NCBI GenBank assembly: GCA_034780895.1
Contig: JAUZTB010000033.1
Coordinates: 28,715,335 to 28,779,334 of the forward strand
Length of the DNA stretch: 64,000 bases
From: Rhynchobatus australiae
Lineage: Eukaryota
Reading direction: 5' to 3'
Shown here: positions 1 through 12,790 of the stretch, one piece after another
Numbering within the stretch: position 1 is the stretch's first letter
Layout of the letters: each line of letters begins with the position of its first letter
Made by a program: the position numbers and the translations under genes
The notes under the pieces: generated by a model
The model's input: only the letters and a program-made list of their open reading frames with translations
What the model was told of the DNA's origin: nothing
Database searches by the model: none

Positions 1-2960
1 TGTACTCCATCAGAGAGTCCTTGAATGACACACTGGATAATGAATTAATTGCATTTCAAGCACTTTATAACTTGCCCAGAAATGAAATGGCTGACAATTA
101 CCAGTTCATTACGTAGAACCAGCAATATAGAGAACCCTTTGATGTGTTCTCAACAAAACTGAGATTTTTAGCAGGTAATTGCAATTTTATGGATTTGGAG
201 GGCTCACTCATCAGAGACATGATTACTTGTGGAATGTGGGAGTCCATTATTAAGGGAACAGGCACTACGTGTCATAAAAGTTAACTCTAGAAATATGCAT
301 GCAAACATGTAAAGCTCCGGAGTTAACCATGGCTAGGCAAGAAATGTTGGATGGCCAACAGGAGGAAGCACATGGGTTGAAGCATGAAGCAAAAGGCTGA
401 AGAGGGAGAGTATTCTCAATGTTGCTTGGTTATCATCAGTGTTGTAGGTGGCAATGAGTAACTGAAGAAGAAATGTCTTATGGATGGGAAATCACATTCA
501 TGATGTGGATTCTAAAATCAATTCTACAATCAATGCATAATGAAGTGGACATTGAATGCTCTTAAAGTGGACACGTTGTGCTGTACAAGGACAAAGATGA
601 AGCCAGGTTCAGAGTACTAGTTGAACACAAGGTAGCTGATGTCAAATGAGGTTGATTCTGCGGAAACAATAACCAGTAGATGCATCCACATCAACATGTT
701 GGTACCAGGGCAAACGGCAACATTTCAACTTGACTTGGAAGCAATATGTGGTATCGTCCTGAAACAAGCCAGCAACATTGAGGAAGTGCAGTTAATGCTA
801 ATGAATTTGTATGTTGTTGATGTACATCAAGACTACATAGGCACTGCTGGAAGATGCTCTCTGACAGTGATGAACCAAATTATACAGGGACCTGTGGTGT
901 GAATTTCATTGCAGCAGACCAGAATCTCCCAACCAGATTTAGTGCAGTCTTTGTTTACATCAATAGCACATGTCGTCTTGGTTTTAACTGCATGTGTCAA
1001 GATTGATAGTGTGATTTGGGAGAAGAATACATGTTGTTCTCAAGTTAAGTTAAAATGCCACTGATCTTGGTGTAGGTCCATTCGCTGAGTGTCCTTTCAA
1101 CAGTTTTGGTGCCAGGTACATTGTTGTTATAGAGTGCTCCGAATCTGACTCTGTGTCTGCCCTTGCATGGCTCATCTTGTTCATTCCAATGTCCAGTTTG
1201 TTTNNNNNNNNNNNNNNNNNNNNNNNNNNNNNNNNNNNNNNNNNNNNNNNNNNNNNNNNNNNNNNNNNNNNNNNNNNNNNNNNNNNNNNNNNNNNNNNNN
1301 NNNAAAGGTTGTTTCAACACCAAGATTTCCTTCAGTCATGCAAATCACAGGTGAAGTCACAGATGTATTCCATTTCTCCAGCAACTTTCAAGGAGAAATT
1401 TGTAGCCAAGTTGGACTAAATCAGAGATGGTTTCCCAGGTCGGCACACCAATCTCAGAAATAGGTATTCAGAAATCAAGTGGTAAGCTGAGAATCTGCCT
1501 ACAGTCAGGAGATCTTAAATGGACCAACAAAAAGGAGTCATTGCCTTGTGAAGGTTACAGAAAATGTATTGCCACACTGGAATAGAGTGGATATTTTTCA
1601 GTATACTGGATGCAAAGAGTTGATTGTGGCTTGTAGAACTTGATAAGGAGAGTTTATTATAATCTGTTTCAACACATTAATAATAGTAACTACTATTGGA
1701 GAAGAATGCCAATTGGAATCAACAGAGCACCAGCAGAATTTCAAGGATACGAGATGCCATGGATACTGAACTGCAGTCGATCAAGATCAGGAGACATTTT
1801 CCAATCTCTCAGCAATTTATGGAGATCAAGGAGGCGACCAGACAAGATGATACAATGGAGCAGCTGAAGGCAGGTGAGGAGGAGGTATGATACTGGGCAC
1901 TTAAGGTGACCTGATCTTCAAGGGTGAAATGGTAATTGTTCTCAAGCTCGGAGGGACTGCATCAATCAAATGCATAAAATCTTCACATTTGGGAGTGAAC
2001 ATTTGGCTCCGCAGAGCGAGAGGAAACATCTCCTTGCCATTGATGAACAGGGAGATCAGAGACCATGAGTGAAAATGAGTGAGACTTGCTGAATCCTAGA
2101 ATAGAACCAACCAAAGATAGAGCCTGAGTCTAATCAAGACCCAGGAACCTTGGGCAAACGTCAGGGAAAATCTGTTTCAATAGGTTGGGAAAATATATCT
2201 CTTGATAATTGATTATTTTCCAAAGTTTTCAGGAATAGAAGACATCCCCTCATTGATTATCAGTTGCAAGCTCAAAGAACAGCTTGCCAGACATGGTGTC
2301 CTTGAGACGCTGATTTCAAACTTGAGGTGGTTCTCAAAGGACTGCCAGTTTGATCAGTGGACAAAATCACCTCACTTTCCATTGTGTATTAGGAAGGCAG
2401 GGAACACTGTGAAGATGGGCAAGGAACTGGCTAAACTAAGCCAAATCATCACAGTCAGATCCCTGTTTGAGCATCCCAGCTTTCCACAATACTGGAACTC
2501 AAGGGATGATGAGCAGTCCTGTGCAGACTTATAAGTGGATGAACTGAAATCCCACTCCCAACAACAGGAAGGTTTCCAGAACCTAATGGAAAAAAAGTGA
2601 AGGTAAACAACTGGAGGCTGCCAAAAGAAGTCAGCCATGCTACTAAACACTGGATGTGTCAGAAAGTAGTCAGGAGTAGACACACACCTCATTCCAGATC
2701 TTACAGCATCGTGATGGAGAAGGGCAGTGCATATTGGAGGAACAGGCACCATCTCAGTAGGACCTTCAGAGAGACATGCTTGATGGAGGCAGAGGTGGAG
2801 ACACCACAGGATACACAACCAACCCTGCAGATTGAAAACACTGCAGCTCAACAACTTGCCTCATGAGAACTGCAACCAATTGGGACCAGAACTGGGAGGA
2901 CACTCCATTGACCCAAGAACCTGGAAGTCTTTGTGCCAAAGTAAAGCACACAGAGATTGC
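1..2960 (+). mobile_element. Decayed Gypsy/Ty3 LTR retrotransposon internal region (Mag-like): gag, protease, partial RT and integrase pseudogene
   Basis: Hand translation: gag EPFDVFSTKLRFLAGNCNFMDLEGSLIRDMITCG (~131-235); protease-like FQLDLEAICG (~723); RT FSILDAKS...YYWRRMPIGINRAPAEFQ (~1595-1745); integrase region SHLGVNIWLRRAR, LIIDYFPKF, LKEQLARHGV, SPHFP and RSYSIVMEKGSAYWRNRHHL. Many stops and frameshifts; most of RT/RNase H missing. Confidence 0.85.
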
Positions 2961-3002
2961 TCATTATTTTTGACACATTTCTCTCACTTTTTCCCCGTTA
3001 TT

Positions 3003-3200
3003 AAAAGAAGAATGTAGCATCAATTTAAATGACCAGCTATCCTCCAGCATCTTAGAGAAGATAATGAGATATTCACAATTATTCAAAATGAGAAGGAACA
3101 CCTGGGAAGGTATCAAGCACCTTGAATGGAGTAGGGGAGGCCAGTTGCAAAGAGTGAAAAGAACACAAAACGTTCCTAATAGATCACCTACTAGCCTTTC
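3003..3200 (+). repeat. Possible polypurine tract and start of the 3' LTR of the upstream Gypsy remnant
   Basis: AAAAGAAGAA (3003-3012) directly followed by TGTAGC just after the integrase region. LTR end cannot be defined; the 5' LTR lies outside the window. Confidence 0.3.
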
Positions 3201-6200
3201 AACCCCCCACCTTCCCATCTGTGGCATAGTCTGTGGATCCCATATTGAATTCTTCAGCCACCTCCAAATCAGACAAATGGAGCGGAAGCAAGTCATCCTC
3301 CACACTGAGAAGACGTAGAGGATATGGTCTTTGTAGCAGCATGCCAACAACTGTTTCAGTTCTGGTCTCTTTGGTGCAGTCTTTGATGAAAAGTCATTGG
3401 ACATTGTTTTTCGCATTGAAAATGTGCCATCCAGGACCAAGGTTATGTCTGGGGTGAAGTGGGGAATCAGGTGGAGGAAAAGAGAGTGTGGGCAGTAATA
3501 GGCACAACTGGGACCTGGGGACAGAATGGGTTAGCGATCAGGTAGGCAGCCAGGAAGAGTGTGGGAAGTATCACTGATCAGGGCCTCCACTGGAGAGAAA
3601 ACAAATCACTGGTTGGAGTGTTGGTCAGGGGATGGGAGGTGGGTCAATTGTGGGGTTGAGTTTAGAATATAGTAGCAGGGAGAGCCCAAAGGATAAACAG
3701 CAAGTGTTAGACTTACCTGGGAGAGGTGCAAGTATACCTTTCTGCAATGAAGTCTGAATTGTCCACTTTTCTCCAAAGGAGGAACAGCATGGGAAAGAGC
3801 ATTGTTTGACTCATGTGACACACAGACTGCATCAGATAAGCAAGTGTGGCTCGCATTGGAAAGTGCCCAATTGAAATTCCAGAGAAATGCAAAACCAAAA
3901 ATGATTGTTTATGCATTTCCATGCTAAGTACATTTTCAGTCACTCAGCATTGATGTAAACAGTATTATGCACTCTGACATCTGGGTTGAAACACTGATCG
4001 AGCTACACTGTGATTGAGCTGCAGTATGATAACAAAAAAACCTTGCGGTTTCCAATTCAATGAAGTGCTGGACTGAGATGAGAAAGCAATTATATTGTGG
4101 GGAACACCATACAGATCATGTTTTCTCCAAAATCTATATACACATGTAAGCGATGATAAAAATTGAGGTGTTGCATTTTGAAAGGACTGGTGAGCTTTTA
4201 AATACAAATTAGACCAAACAATATATTTTTTAAAGAATGCAGAAAAACAGAGGGGTTAGGGGGTACATAATGAATCTTTGAACTTCCTTGATAAGGCTCT
4301 GTTACATTCAAATATTCACATTAACTTTATGTTAATAAGGTCAGTGGGGGGTAAGCCTAATAGTGGGAGATGAGCCCAACAAGATCAGAGGTTGGGGTGG
4401 GGTGGGGGGGGTACCAAACAAAGTCTTATTTAAATAAAGGATTGCAGAGCACTCCTTCCAACCGTCACCCTCTACTCAGACATGGGAAAGATTAAAGCCT
4501 GGTTTGTAGGAGGAGCAGGAATATATCACAGGGGGTCTACTGCTGGCAATCCAAAGAAACATTTCCCAATCAGTTTGACGGATCTGGCCATGGTCAGAAG
4601 GAGGGGTGGGACGTCTGGATTAGTTGTCAGAGGAAGCCCACACTGCAGTGCTAAGGAAGCACAAGGTGACCTTGTGAGGTCAGGGGAGCCCTCTTGCAAA
4701 TTAGAACCCAGGAGGTGACCTGAAAAACAAATTTAAAACTCCAAACTCCCAGAAGGATTTGCCCACTGAGGAAGCCAACACTGAATTCCAAACCTATGCT
4801 CTGACTCCCACTCTAACCACAGCACACCCCCTCTCACCACCTCTCTGCCGTTCAGGTCTCACCTTGAAATTACATATCAAGTTGAGATGACATTTCCAAA
4901 GCCCAATTTCATAACTGAAGTAGATATCTGTTCCCTTCCTGCTGATAATGTGTCTGACTGCTCAATCAGACATGTTAATATTAGGATATAAGCACCAGAG
5001 CAGATAAGTAACTTCAGCATTTTAATTGTTTTCCACCCACCCAGTCCTATATCTGATTTTTCACCAGGTTTAGCTGGTTAAAATTTGGCAGCATGGATTA
5101 AAAAGCAATANNNNNNNNNNNNNNNNNNNNNNNNNNNNNNNNNNNNNNNNNNNNNNNNNNNNNNNNNNNNNNNNNNNNNNNNNNNNNNNNNNNNNNNNNN
5201 NNNNNNNNNNNNNNNNNNNNNNNNNNNNNNNNNNNNNNNNNNNNNNNNNNNNNNNNNNNNNNNNNNNNNNNNNNNNNNNNNNNNNNNNNNNNNNNNNNNN
5301 NNNNNNNNNNNNNNNNNNNNNNNNNNNNNNNNNNNNNNNNNNNNNNNNNNNNNNNNNNNNNNNNNNNNNNNNNNNNNNNNNNNNNNNNNNNNNNNNNNNN
5401 NNNNNNNNNNNNNNNNNNNNNNNNNNNNNNNNNNNNNNNNNNNNNNNNNNNNNNNNNNNNNNNNNNNNNNNNNNNNNNNNNNNNNNNNNNNNNNNNNNNN
5501 NNNNNNNNNNNNNNNNNNNNNNNNNNNNNNNNNNNNNNNNNNNNNNNNNNNNNNNNNNNNNNNNNNNNNNNNNNNNNNNNNNNNNNNNNNNNNNNNNNNN
5601 NNNNNNNNNNNNNNNNNNNNNNNNNNNNNNNNNNNNNNNNNNNNNNNNNNNNNNNNNNNNNNNNNNNNNNNNNNNNNNNNNNNNNNNNNNNNNNNNNNNN
5701 NNNNNNNNNNNNNNNNNNNNNNNNNNNNNNNNNNNNNNNNNNNNNNNNNNNNNNNNNNNNNNNNNNNNNNNNNNNNNTTTTGTACTGAAGCCAGGTTACT
5801 ACTACCAGAATAGTGTCAACTTGAATCTTCTGCATACTTTGAACTGAAAAATATTTTTTTAATTCACTCACACCAGTGTGTAGAAAGTTTGAACAGCTGC
5901 AACATCATCCCCTCATTATGCTATTTAATTGCTTCATGCACAAGATCTACAGCTTCATATATCAAGAAAACATTTGGATTTAATTGAAATCCTCATTCCT
6001 AATACTGCCAAAGAATAGAAATAAACTAAAATCCAGTCTCAAAGTCAGTGAAAAACTTGTAGGATTCTGTTCTCATTTATTACCAAACATGAATAATATT
6101 CTGCTGTGAAGGATACGCAATACTATAGGTGTGAGTGTACAATACTTCACAAATCAAACATTTATTTAAGTGACCAATTGTTACATAAAATTAGTAGTTT

Positions 6201-6374
6201 GTTTATTTATTGTAAAAACCATATAAATTAGCTGGAATATGTTACTTGGCTTCCCTAAGTCATTATGCTAATTTTTTTGACATGCATGCAAACTACTCTA
6301 TGTAATATCACCATAATTGTGCAAAGGCAAGTTATTCTACAGTGTGAGAGGTAACTGAAAGTGGATTCTTAATT

Positions 6375-6470
6375 TTTGACACCTGGACATAGCTGTGAAG
6401 GAAAGTATTTGTTATCTGTGCCTAATTGTTCTTGAGAAGATGGTGGTGAGCTACCTTCTACAGCACTGTT
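6375..6470 (-). mobile_element. 3' tail fragment of a CR1-group (tentatively Zenon-like) LINE/SINE family
   Basis: CCTAATTGTTCTTGAGAAGATGGTGGTGAGCTACCTTCT is the reverse complement of the tail type seen at ~22455-22552 and ~63315-63365. Confidence 0.55.
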
Positions 6471-9139
6471 GAAAAAAGGCTATTGAAATGATCTGGATAA
6501 TAGTCATTACATTACTTAAGTAACTATATGAATTAACTAGCAACTGACTATCTTGAAAAGCAGCTAAATTCCACTTCAATCGAGAGTGGTGCCACAGAGA
6601 AAGAAAATATCTCAGTTACGCAGATGCTTAGCATAATGGAGCTGTGGTATCTACAGTTCTTTCTGATGTTTAGCTCTCGATTGCAGTTCAAAGGATGAAG
6701 TGGAAAATAAGGATGGCCATGCAGAACAAATGAATAGGAAAAAAATAACTTTCCTGTTGGTCTCCTGATATTTACATTGCTTCAGGTTTTAAATCAGAAT
6801 AGAAGGAAGTCCCCCACAAACCATGTGATTTTAAAGTTTGTCTCTGCATTTTTTCTGGTCCAATTTTTAAATTGTGCAGCAAAATATTTAATTGAGCCAG
6901 GCTGTAAGCACAAAAATACGTTACAGAGTTCAATGCGACAGTCTTTTTATAATCTTGCAGCTCAGTTTATTAACTATAACCAGAACAACAGAGATCCATG
7001 GACCAAAGAAAAATGAATTGCAGAGAGCAAAAGACAGGCTAAATGGACGATAAAGTCTTTTNNNNNNNNNNNNNNNNNNNNNNNTTTTGCATTAATAAAA
7101 GCAAAACAAAATTCAATACATTTTCTGTGACGTTTTGTCGCTGTGCATGATTCTCTCTCCCTATATTTCCTATATCTGCAGCTCAACAGGACATATCATA
7201 AGGGCAGTTTTGTTGCTGTAAATCAATACTGGCTAGCAGTTGGAATGAGGACCATCTAAACCTAGACCAACTATTAACCGTCTCTTGAAAAAGGTGGATG
7301 TAAAACAGACAAGCATCCAGTCAAGGTCAAAAATAGCTCTTACTCTGAATGGTGGTGGCAACCTGACTCCCCTGCAGTTGGCTCATTTATGCAGTTTTAA
7401 TTAGCTGCCTGATCATTTCTGCCCCATAGAGTATTCAGTTGAACATTGGAAGAGGCAATTCTTAACTGGTAGCGGCACTTACTAGACATGCAACTAACTC
7501 GACATGGCTGGAGGACCTGCAAGAATAGCCCTCTTGGAAGGGGAAAGATGAGGTTTTATTAAATATTAACAAAGATTTTTTTCCTTTAATGCTCATTAGT
7601 AACTCAGTTAACAACATCCACCAACAACAGTTCTTCTGCTACAAGCTACTGTTCTTTGATTCAGGAGCTACAGTTTTTAATTGGGGAGCCTGGTTTCATG
7701 CTCCTTAGATGTGCCGAGAAACATCGTCTTACCCTGAGAGCTGGTCCTTCACGATGCAAACCAACAGCGAAGACACCATAAGGAAAGAGACAGACCAGTT
7801 CTGAGGGAGTGCTGTAGGCAGCTATTGGGAGCAGGCAACAGTTTAAACTGTCAAGCCGAAACAAAAAGTTCCATGGGCGAACCTACGGTAAGTGATTGAT
7901 TTCTGGAGAAACCCATAGGCCTGCTTGTACCTATTTTACATAGGAAATCAGCAAAATAGGTGGCATGCCACAGAAAGTCATGAAGAATTCTAAATAGAGT
8001 CAATTATAATACATTTGTATATTTCTGTAGGCACCAATGAAGCTAGTGTGTACTACTGACACAACCATGGCAGGGCACTCTGATACGATCCAACTGATTT
8101 TAAGGATCAGGTGTTCCAATAGCCTTGGACCACTTGGTTATAAAGAATATGTTCTTGATCTGGGAAAGTTGATATAATTCTCCTCATTAAAATACGGAAA
8201 ATTTGTTTTCTTTTTCTGCATAATTTGAATTTATTTAAGANNNNNNNNNNCTTTTCCCTGCATTCCTCATCAGATGCTGACTGGAGGAAGGAACACAGGA
8301 ATTCCATTCTTATAATTTTGCCAATATCTTTGGAACCAGACACCACGTTATGGCATGGGAATTGTAGAACAGTCCTCTGGATATTTTTTTTTCCCCGAAT
8401 GCTATCATTTGCAATTTTTGTTTACATGCATGTGGTATCAGGTGCCAGGAAATTAACAAACCACCCCACTAAAGCACTGTTCTAATTGTTCAAGAGCTCA
8501 AAGTTTTAAGTTTCAGTGGTAAACTGGGGGCATAATTACTAAGGGAAGACTAAATTTGTAAGAGGGTCATTCACAGTTTGCAGCAGCTTACCATAGCCAA
8601 TTGGCTATAATGCCAATTACTTTCAGTTTCGATATTCACCAGCTTGGAATTTTTTAGGAATTGAGGGGGCACAGGAAGAAAATCATGAGCTGACTGCACA
8701 TCAAATAGCAAATTATTCATAATGAAAGATATGCAAGGCTGTATATAAATAGATTTTTTCTTTTTTAAAAATATATTAGAGTTTAATATTAATGTTATAA
8801 AAATGGCTTTTGTACTTTGAGTGGAAAATAGAATAGCATTACATAATGTTCAAATTGAATTATTAAAACTTTATTAAGTGACTCTGTAACTTTTAATTTA
8901 TGTTTCTACCCAGATTAAATGTATTGAAATATTAATCTTTTCAAAGAAATGATCAAATCTCCTTTAAATGTCAAATACAGTTATCATCCTCTGAAAAATT
9001 AACCTTTTACTTTATGCCTTCCTAAAGTCATGATGGCCAATGACTTTTTGCTTTACTATCCACAACTATGTTCCTCATTAAAGGTGCACGGACAGAAGAT
9101 TAGGAGTCGACTGGCAAAGCAGAATATCCACTGTATTTT

Positions 9140-9280
9140 AGAGCTATGCAGCACAGAAAAAGGCCCTTTGGCCCACCATACTCATGCCAGCCATTAAGCA
9201 CCCATCCATTCTAATCCCATTTACCAGCATTTAGTCTGTTGCATTGTATGCCTCAGCAATTCAAGTGCTCATTTAGATAA
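9140..9280 (-). mobile_element. CR1 LINE 3' end
   Basis: CAGCACAGAAAAAGGCCCTTTGGCCCACC...CAAGTGCTCATTTAGATA; similar to CR1 3' ends at 20480 and 62822. Confidence 0.75.
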
Positions 9281-9587
9281 TTTGGTCCAGACTCTTTTGC
9301 ATTACATTCTGCCCTTTCCATGCTTTGATTTCTCCTGACACTCATCCCCATCATCTGCTGGAGAAAATGATCCCCTCAAGTGCCAAAACCCCATTAACTG
9401 AGAAATAGCAACAAGGTATACAAGTGTGCAGTAACTTGTTTATTTCACCTGTACCTGGTTGGACAGTAACAGTTGGACCCTTCAAAATTGCTTTTTTTTC
9501 TCCACAGCACATTATGGTTTATGGTCACTTTATTCAAAATGCAAAACCAGAATACAATACACCCCCGCATTAAACCAGATTACAACC

Positions 9588-10370
9588 CAAGCCAGTTCCA
9601 ACTTCATGAGGTAGTCCTTAAGCAGCTATCTGGCAAGATCATGCAGAGTTTTGGGCTCTATTGGCACAAATAGCATCCTGCAGAGGGATCACAGCATGCT
9701 AGCATTGCTGCACATAGAAATATTGGAAAACATTGATAACTGGCTCAACTGCTCTTCCGGACTTGTCTTCCTAGAAAACAGTCCATATCATGATTTTCCG
9801 TAAAATGAACCCTTAACTAAAATTGACAATTAACAATCTTGTTTCTTTTGCATTTTGTGTTTATTTGGTTATTTTTCTCTCATAAATTCTGTAAGAGTAA
9901 TTTTTTATTCTGTATCTCAAATTTTTCCACAGTGATGTGTGAATTTGGTAAGGGCGAATTTCTGTTAACTGAACTGCCGCAATGCCGGGGTACACTGTAT
10001 CTTATTTTTATTCTTCACTTTCTCCTCCAGGCTATAAGCTCATTAGGCTAGTTCTCCAAGTTCTTAGTCACTCTGTTCATTATTATAAATTCCAGTGGCC
10101 CTGAATTTCCTGGCAGTGGTACACTGCTTGTACACTCTGCTCTTTTTCCTGTTCAACCTGCACTTCCCTTTCATGGATCTTCTCATAGAAAACTCATCAT
10201 CAGAGCCATGTACAACTTCATCAAGCAGTTTTTAAGCTGCAATCTGATGTGTCCTATTAGCACAAATAGCATCCTGTAGGGGGGAAATCACAGCATCCTA
10301 TCATTGTTATTCATAAAACTGTTTGAAAATTTTGATTACTGGCTAAATAACACTTCCAGGCTTAGTCAAC
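9588..10370. repeat. Diverged direct repeat pair (~9588-9770 and ~10202-10370)
   Basis: Both copies share CAACTTCAT, CTATTRGCACAAATAGCATCCTG, ATCACAGCAT, GAAAA..TTGAT.ACTGGCT and CTTCC in the same order. Confidence 0.75.
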
Positions 10371-10959
10371 TGTCATAAATCAAAAAGGTTTATGAGTGTC
10401 TCTGACATTGCAAGACATTCAAAAATGATAACACATTCATTAACTTATCAAAAAGAATTTATTAATTTATTTTAAAAGCCCAATAAATTGAAACACTTAA
10501 AACATTGAAGTAAATGCAATTAAATATAAAGGCTGCATTTGGTAGCAATGCTTCTGCTGGCCAGAATGAAGGTGATTAAGTACTTTCTCTGTCAGTCCAG
10601 CAACATGATTACATTGCTGTAAGTGATTGAGAATGACTTGCTGTACATAATTTATATATAACTATCCTCCATTCACTGCATTTTTATGGAGAACCTCCCT
10701 GCTTTGAATCAATTTCAGTTTCTTCTGCTCGTTAAATATACTGTGTTTACAGAGTTGTTTGATTTTTTATGATGTATGAACTATTACATGCTGCAGATCA
10801 ACTGACCCTCCCCACCTCTTACTTATTGGATGAAGAAGTATTATAAACAAGTACTCTGTTGAAAAATGCAAATTATCTGAAGTCTACTTTTCTCTCTTCC
10901 AACATTTGTACCATTCTCATAGCTGGAGTTGCTGAACTGGTTCCCAGTCTACCTAATGG

Positions 10960-11125
10960 AGACAAAAGAGACTGCAGATGCTGGAATCTGGAGCAACAAG
11001 CAAAATACTGGAGAACTCAGCTGATCAGGATGCATCTGTGGAGTCTTGACCCAAATCATCGACCGTCCATTTCCCTCCATAAATGCTGCCTGACCTGCTG
11101 AGTTCCTCCAGCATTTTGTTCAATG
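10960..11125. mobile_element. Penelope-derived inverted-repeat (hairpin) element
   Basis: CTGCAGATGCTGGAATCTGGAGCAACAAGCAAAATACTGGAGAACTCAGC ... GCTGAGTTCCTCCAGCATTTTG; arms are self-complementary; same family as 23845, 30222, 45908. Confidence 0.7.
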
Positions 11126-11259
11126 CTCTGAGTCTACCTAATACAAGTTCAGTAAGCAGATTTAATATTTGAGGAATTTCAGAAAATGGGCATTTAACAG
11201 ATCAGTCTTTCAACCAAAAGCCTGCAAACATTTAGCATATTGTTTGAGAATGTCTTCAT

Positions 11260-11700
11260 GAAAGTTGAGGTGACGAGTGCTGAATTTCCCAACACCCACA
11301 TTCAGAACTTCCCAACAATAACTGTTAAAGACTAATGCTTACCTTAGTTCCTGGTTTCTCTCTTCTACACACTGAAATCATGGAGTTAATTGAGCTATTT
11401 TCAAATTTTAAAGAACAAGTCCTGAATCAATGATATCTTAAAAAGTTATAGTCATGGATTTGCAGTTTCTTCATTTCCTTCCTTAAATTTATCAGGACCC
11501 AGCAATCTGTTAGCCTTTAGTGCCCTTTATTTCTAATGTTCTTGCTTGCTTACATTAACTTTAGTGAGAGCCAGTCCTTGATTCATTATTAATTCCCTTG
11601 AAATGTCAGGTATATTATCCATTATACAGCAAAGACTGACACAAGTTCAAGACACCTACCATTTCTCCATTTTCATTTGCAACATTACCCTATGCATCAT
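11260..11700 (-). mobile_element. Old CR1 ORF2 fragment
   Basis: Degenerate similarity (TCAGGACCCAG, AAAGACTGACACAAG, CCATTTCTCC) to the endonuclease-RT linker of other CR1 copies in the window. Confidence 0.45.
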
Positions 11701-12710
11701 AAATTAGATGTAGATGTGGCTATAAATTTTCTTTTACTAGATTTATTAAAAAAATGTTCTAAAATTGTTTGATGGCTTGACAACCATGTGTTGGGTTTTC
11801 TTATTTTCAATCACAGCANNNNNNNNNNNNNNNNNNNNNNNNNNNNNNNNNNNNNNNNNNNNNNNNNNNNNNNNNNNNNNNNNNNNNNNNNNNNNNNNNN
11901 NNNNNNNNNNNNNNNNNNNNNNNNNNNNNNNNNNNNNNNNNNNNNNNNNNNNNNNNNNNNNNNNNNNNNNNNNNNNNNNNNNNNNNNNNNNNNNNNNNNN
12001 NNNNNNNNNNNNNNNNNNNNNNNNNNNNNNNNNNNNNNNCTTAATCATGCCCTATAAGCATATCCTTTCACACCACCATCAATGCAAGCCATTCCTTTCA
12101 ATATCAAAATGCTAAAAGACACCACAGTGCAGTTAAGTAAACAAAAATACAGGAGACAGATGAAGTGTTTCCTTTTTAACATCATTACTTGGCATTTCCT
12201 CTGCACTTTTCCCATTCTTCAACTGTAATTTTGGCAGGACCTTCATTTGACCAAGGTTCTGTGGAAACTTGATGTCTTTACAGTACTAGAATAGAAAGCC
12301 TCTGAGGAAATTCACCCACCATCTTTCAATAAACAACTTTTCTATTTCATGGTGTTTCTGGGTGGTAATCAATATCTGCAACAATGAAGTAATATTTCAG
12401 GCAGCAGCTGCTGGGATCAAATTTTGCAAGCTGTTTATCACAAGATCTATGTACAATATTTTCACCAAAGGGGAAAATAACTTTAGTTTCTGTTCTGTGG
12501 TTACTTATATAACCTGCAGTATTTTCCCCCACAGAATATGTTTTTACTTTAAATGTAGAGTAAAAATAAAATAAAACCTTGCATTTATAATTTACTGTAC
12601 CATTTACTTGGGTCTCTTTGAGTTTCTTCATATTCAATTCAATGCAGACAAAGATGGAAGATAATTTTGCAAGTAGAAAATCACGATAAACTACATAATG
12701 TGATATTTTT

Positions 12711-12790
12711 GCTGTGTTGGTTGAGAGAGGAAGGTTGACAAGACACCAAGCATCTGGGGGCTCTTCAAATAGTGGTACATTGTCTAGCAA
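12711..12790 (-). mobile_element. Deu-domain SINE remnant (SacSINE1/AmnSINE1-like)
   Basis: TGTTGGTTGAGAG...GACAAGACACC...GCTCTTCAAATAGTG resembles the recalled reverse-complemented Deu domain. Confidence 0.4.

Noticed and set aside
1045-1203. Minus-strand ORF KQTGHWNEQDEP... inside the Gypsy remnant
   Set aside because: Short, abuts a gap, no recognisable homology or splice support.
3709-3730. ACTTACCTGG resembling the U1 snRNA 5' end or a minus-strand donor
   Set aside because: No downstream U1 sequence; the upstream peptides are unrecognisable and the context is a G-rich repeat-like region.
5085-5871. Long ORFs in the track (also 11746, 47149, 48679, 54293)
   Set aside because: They are open only because they span N gaps.
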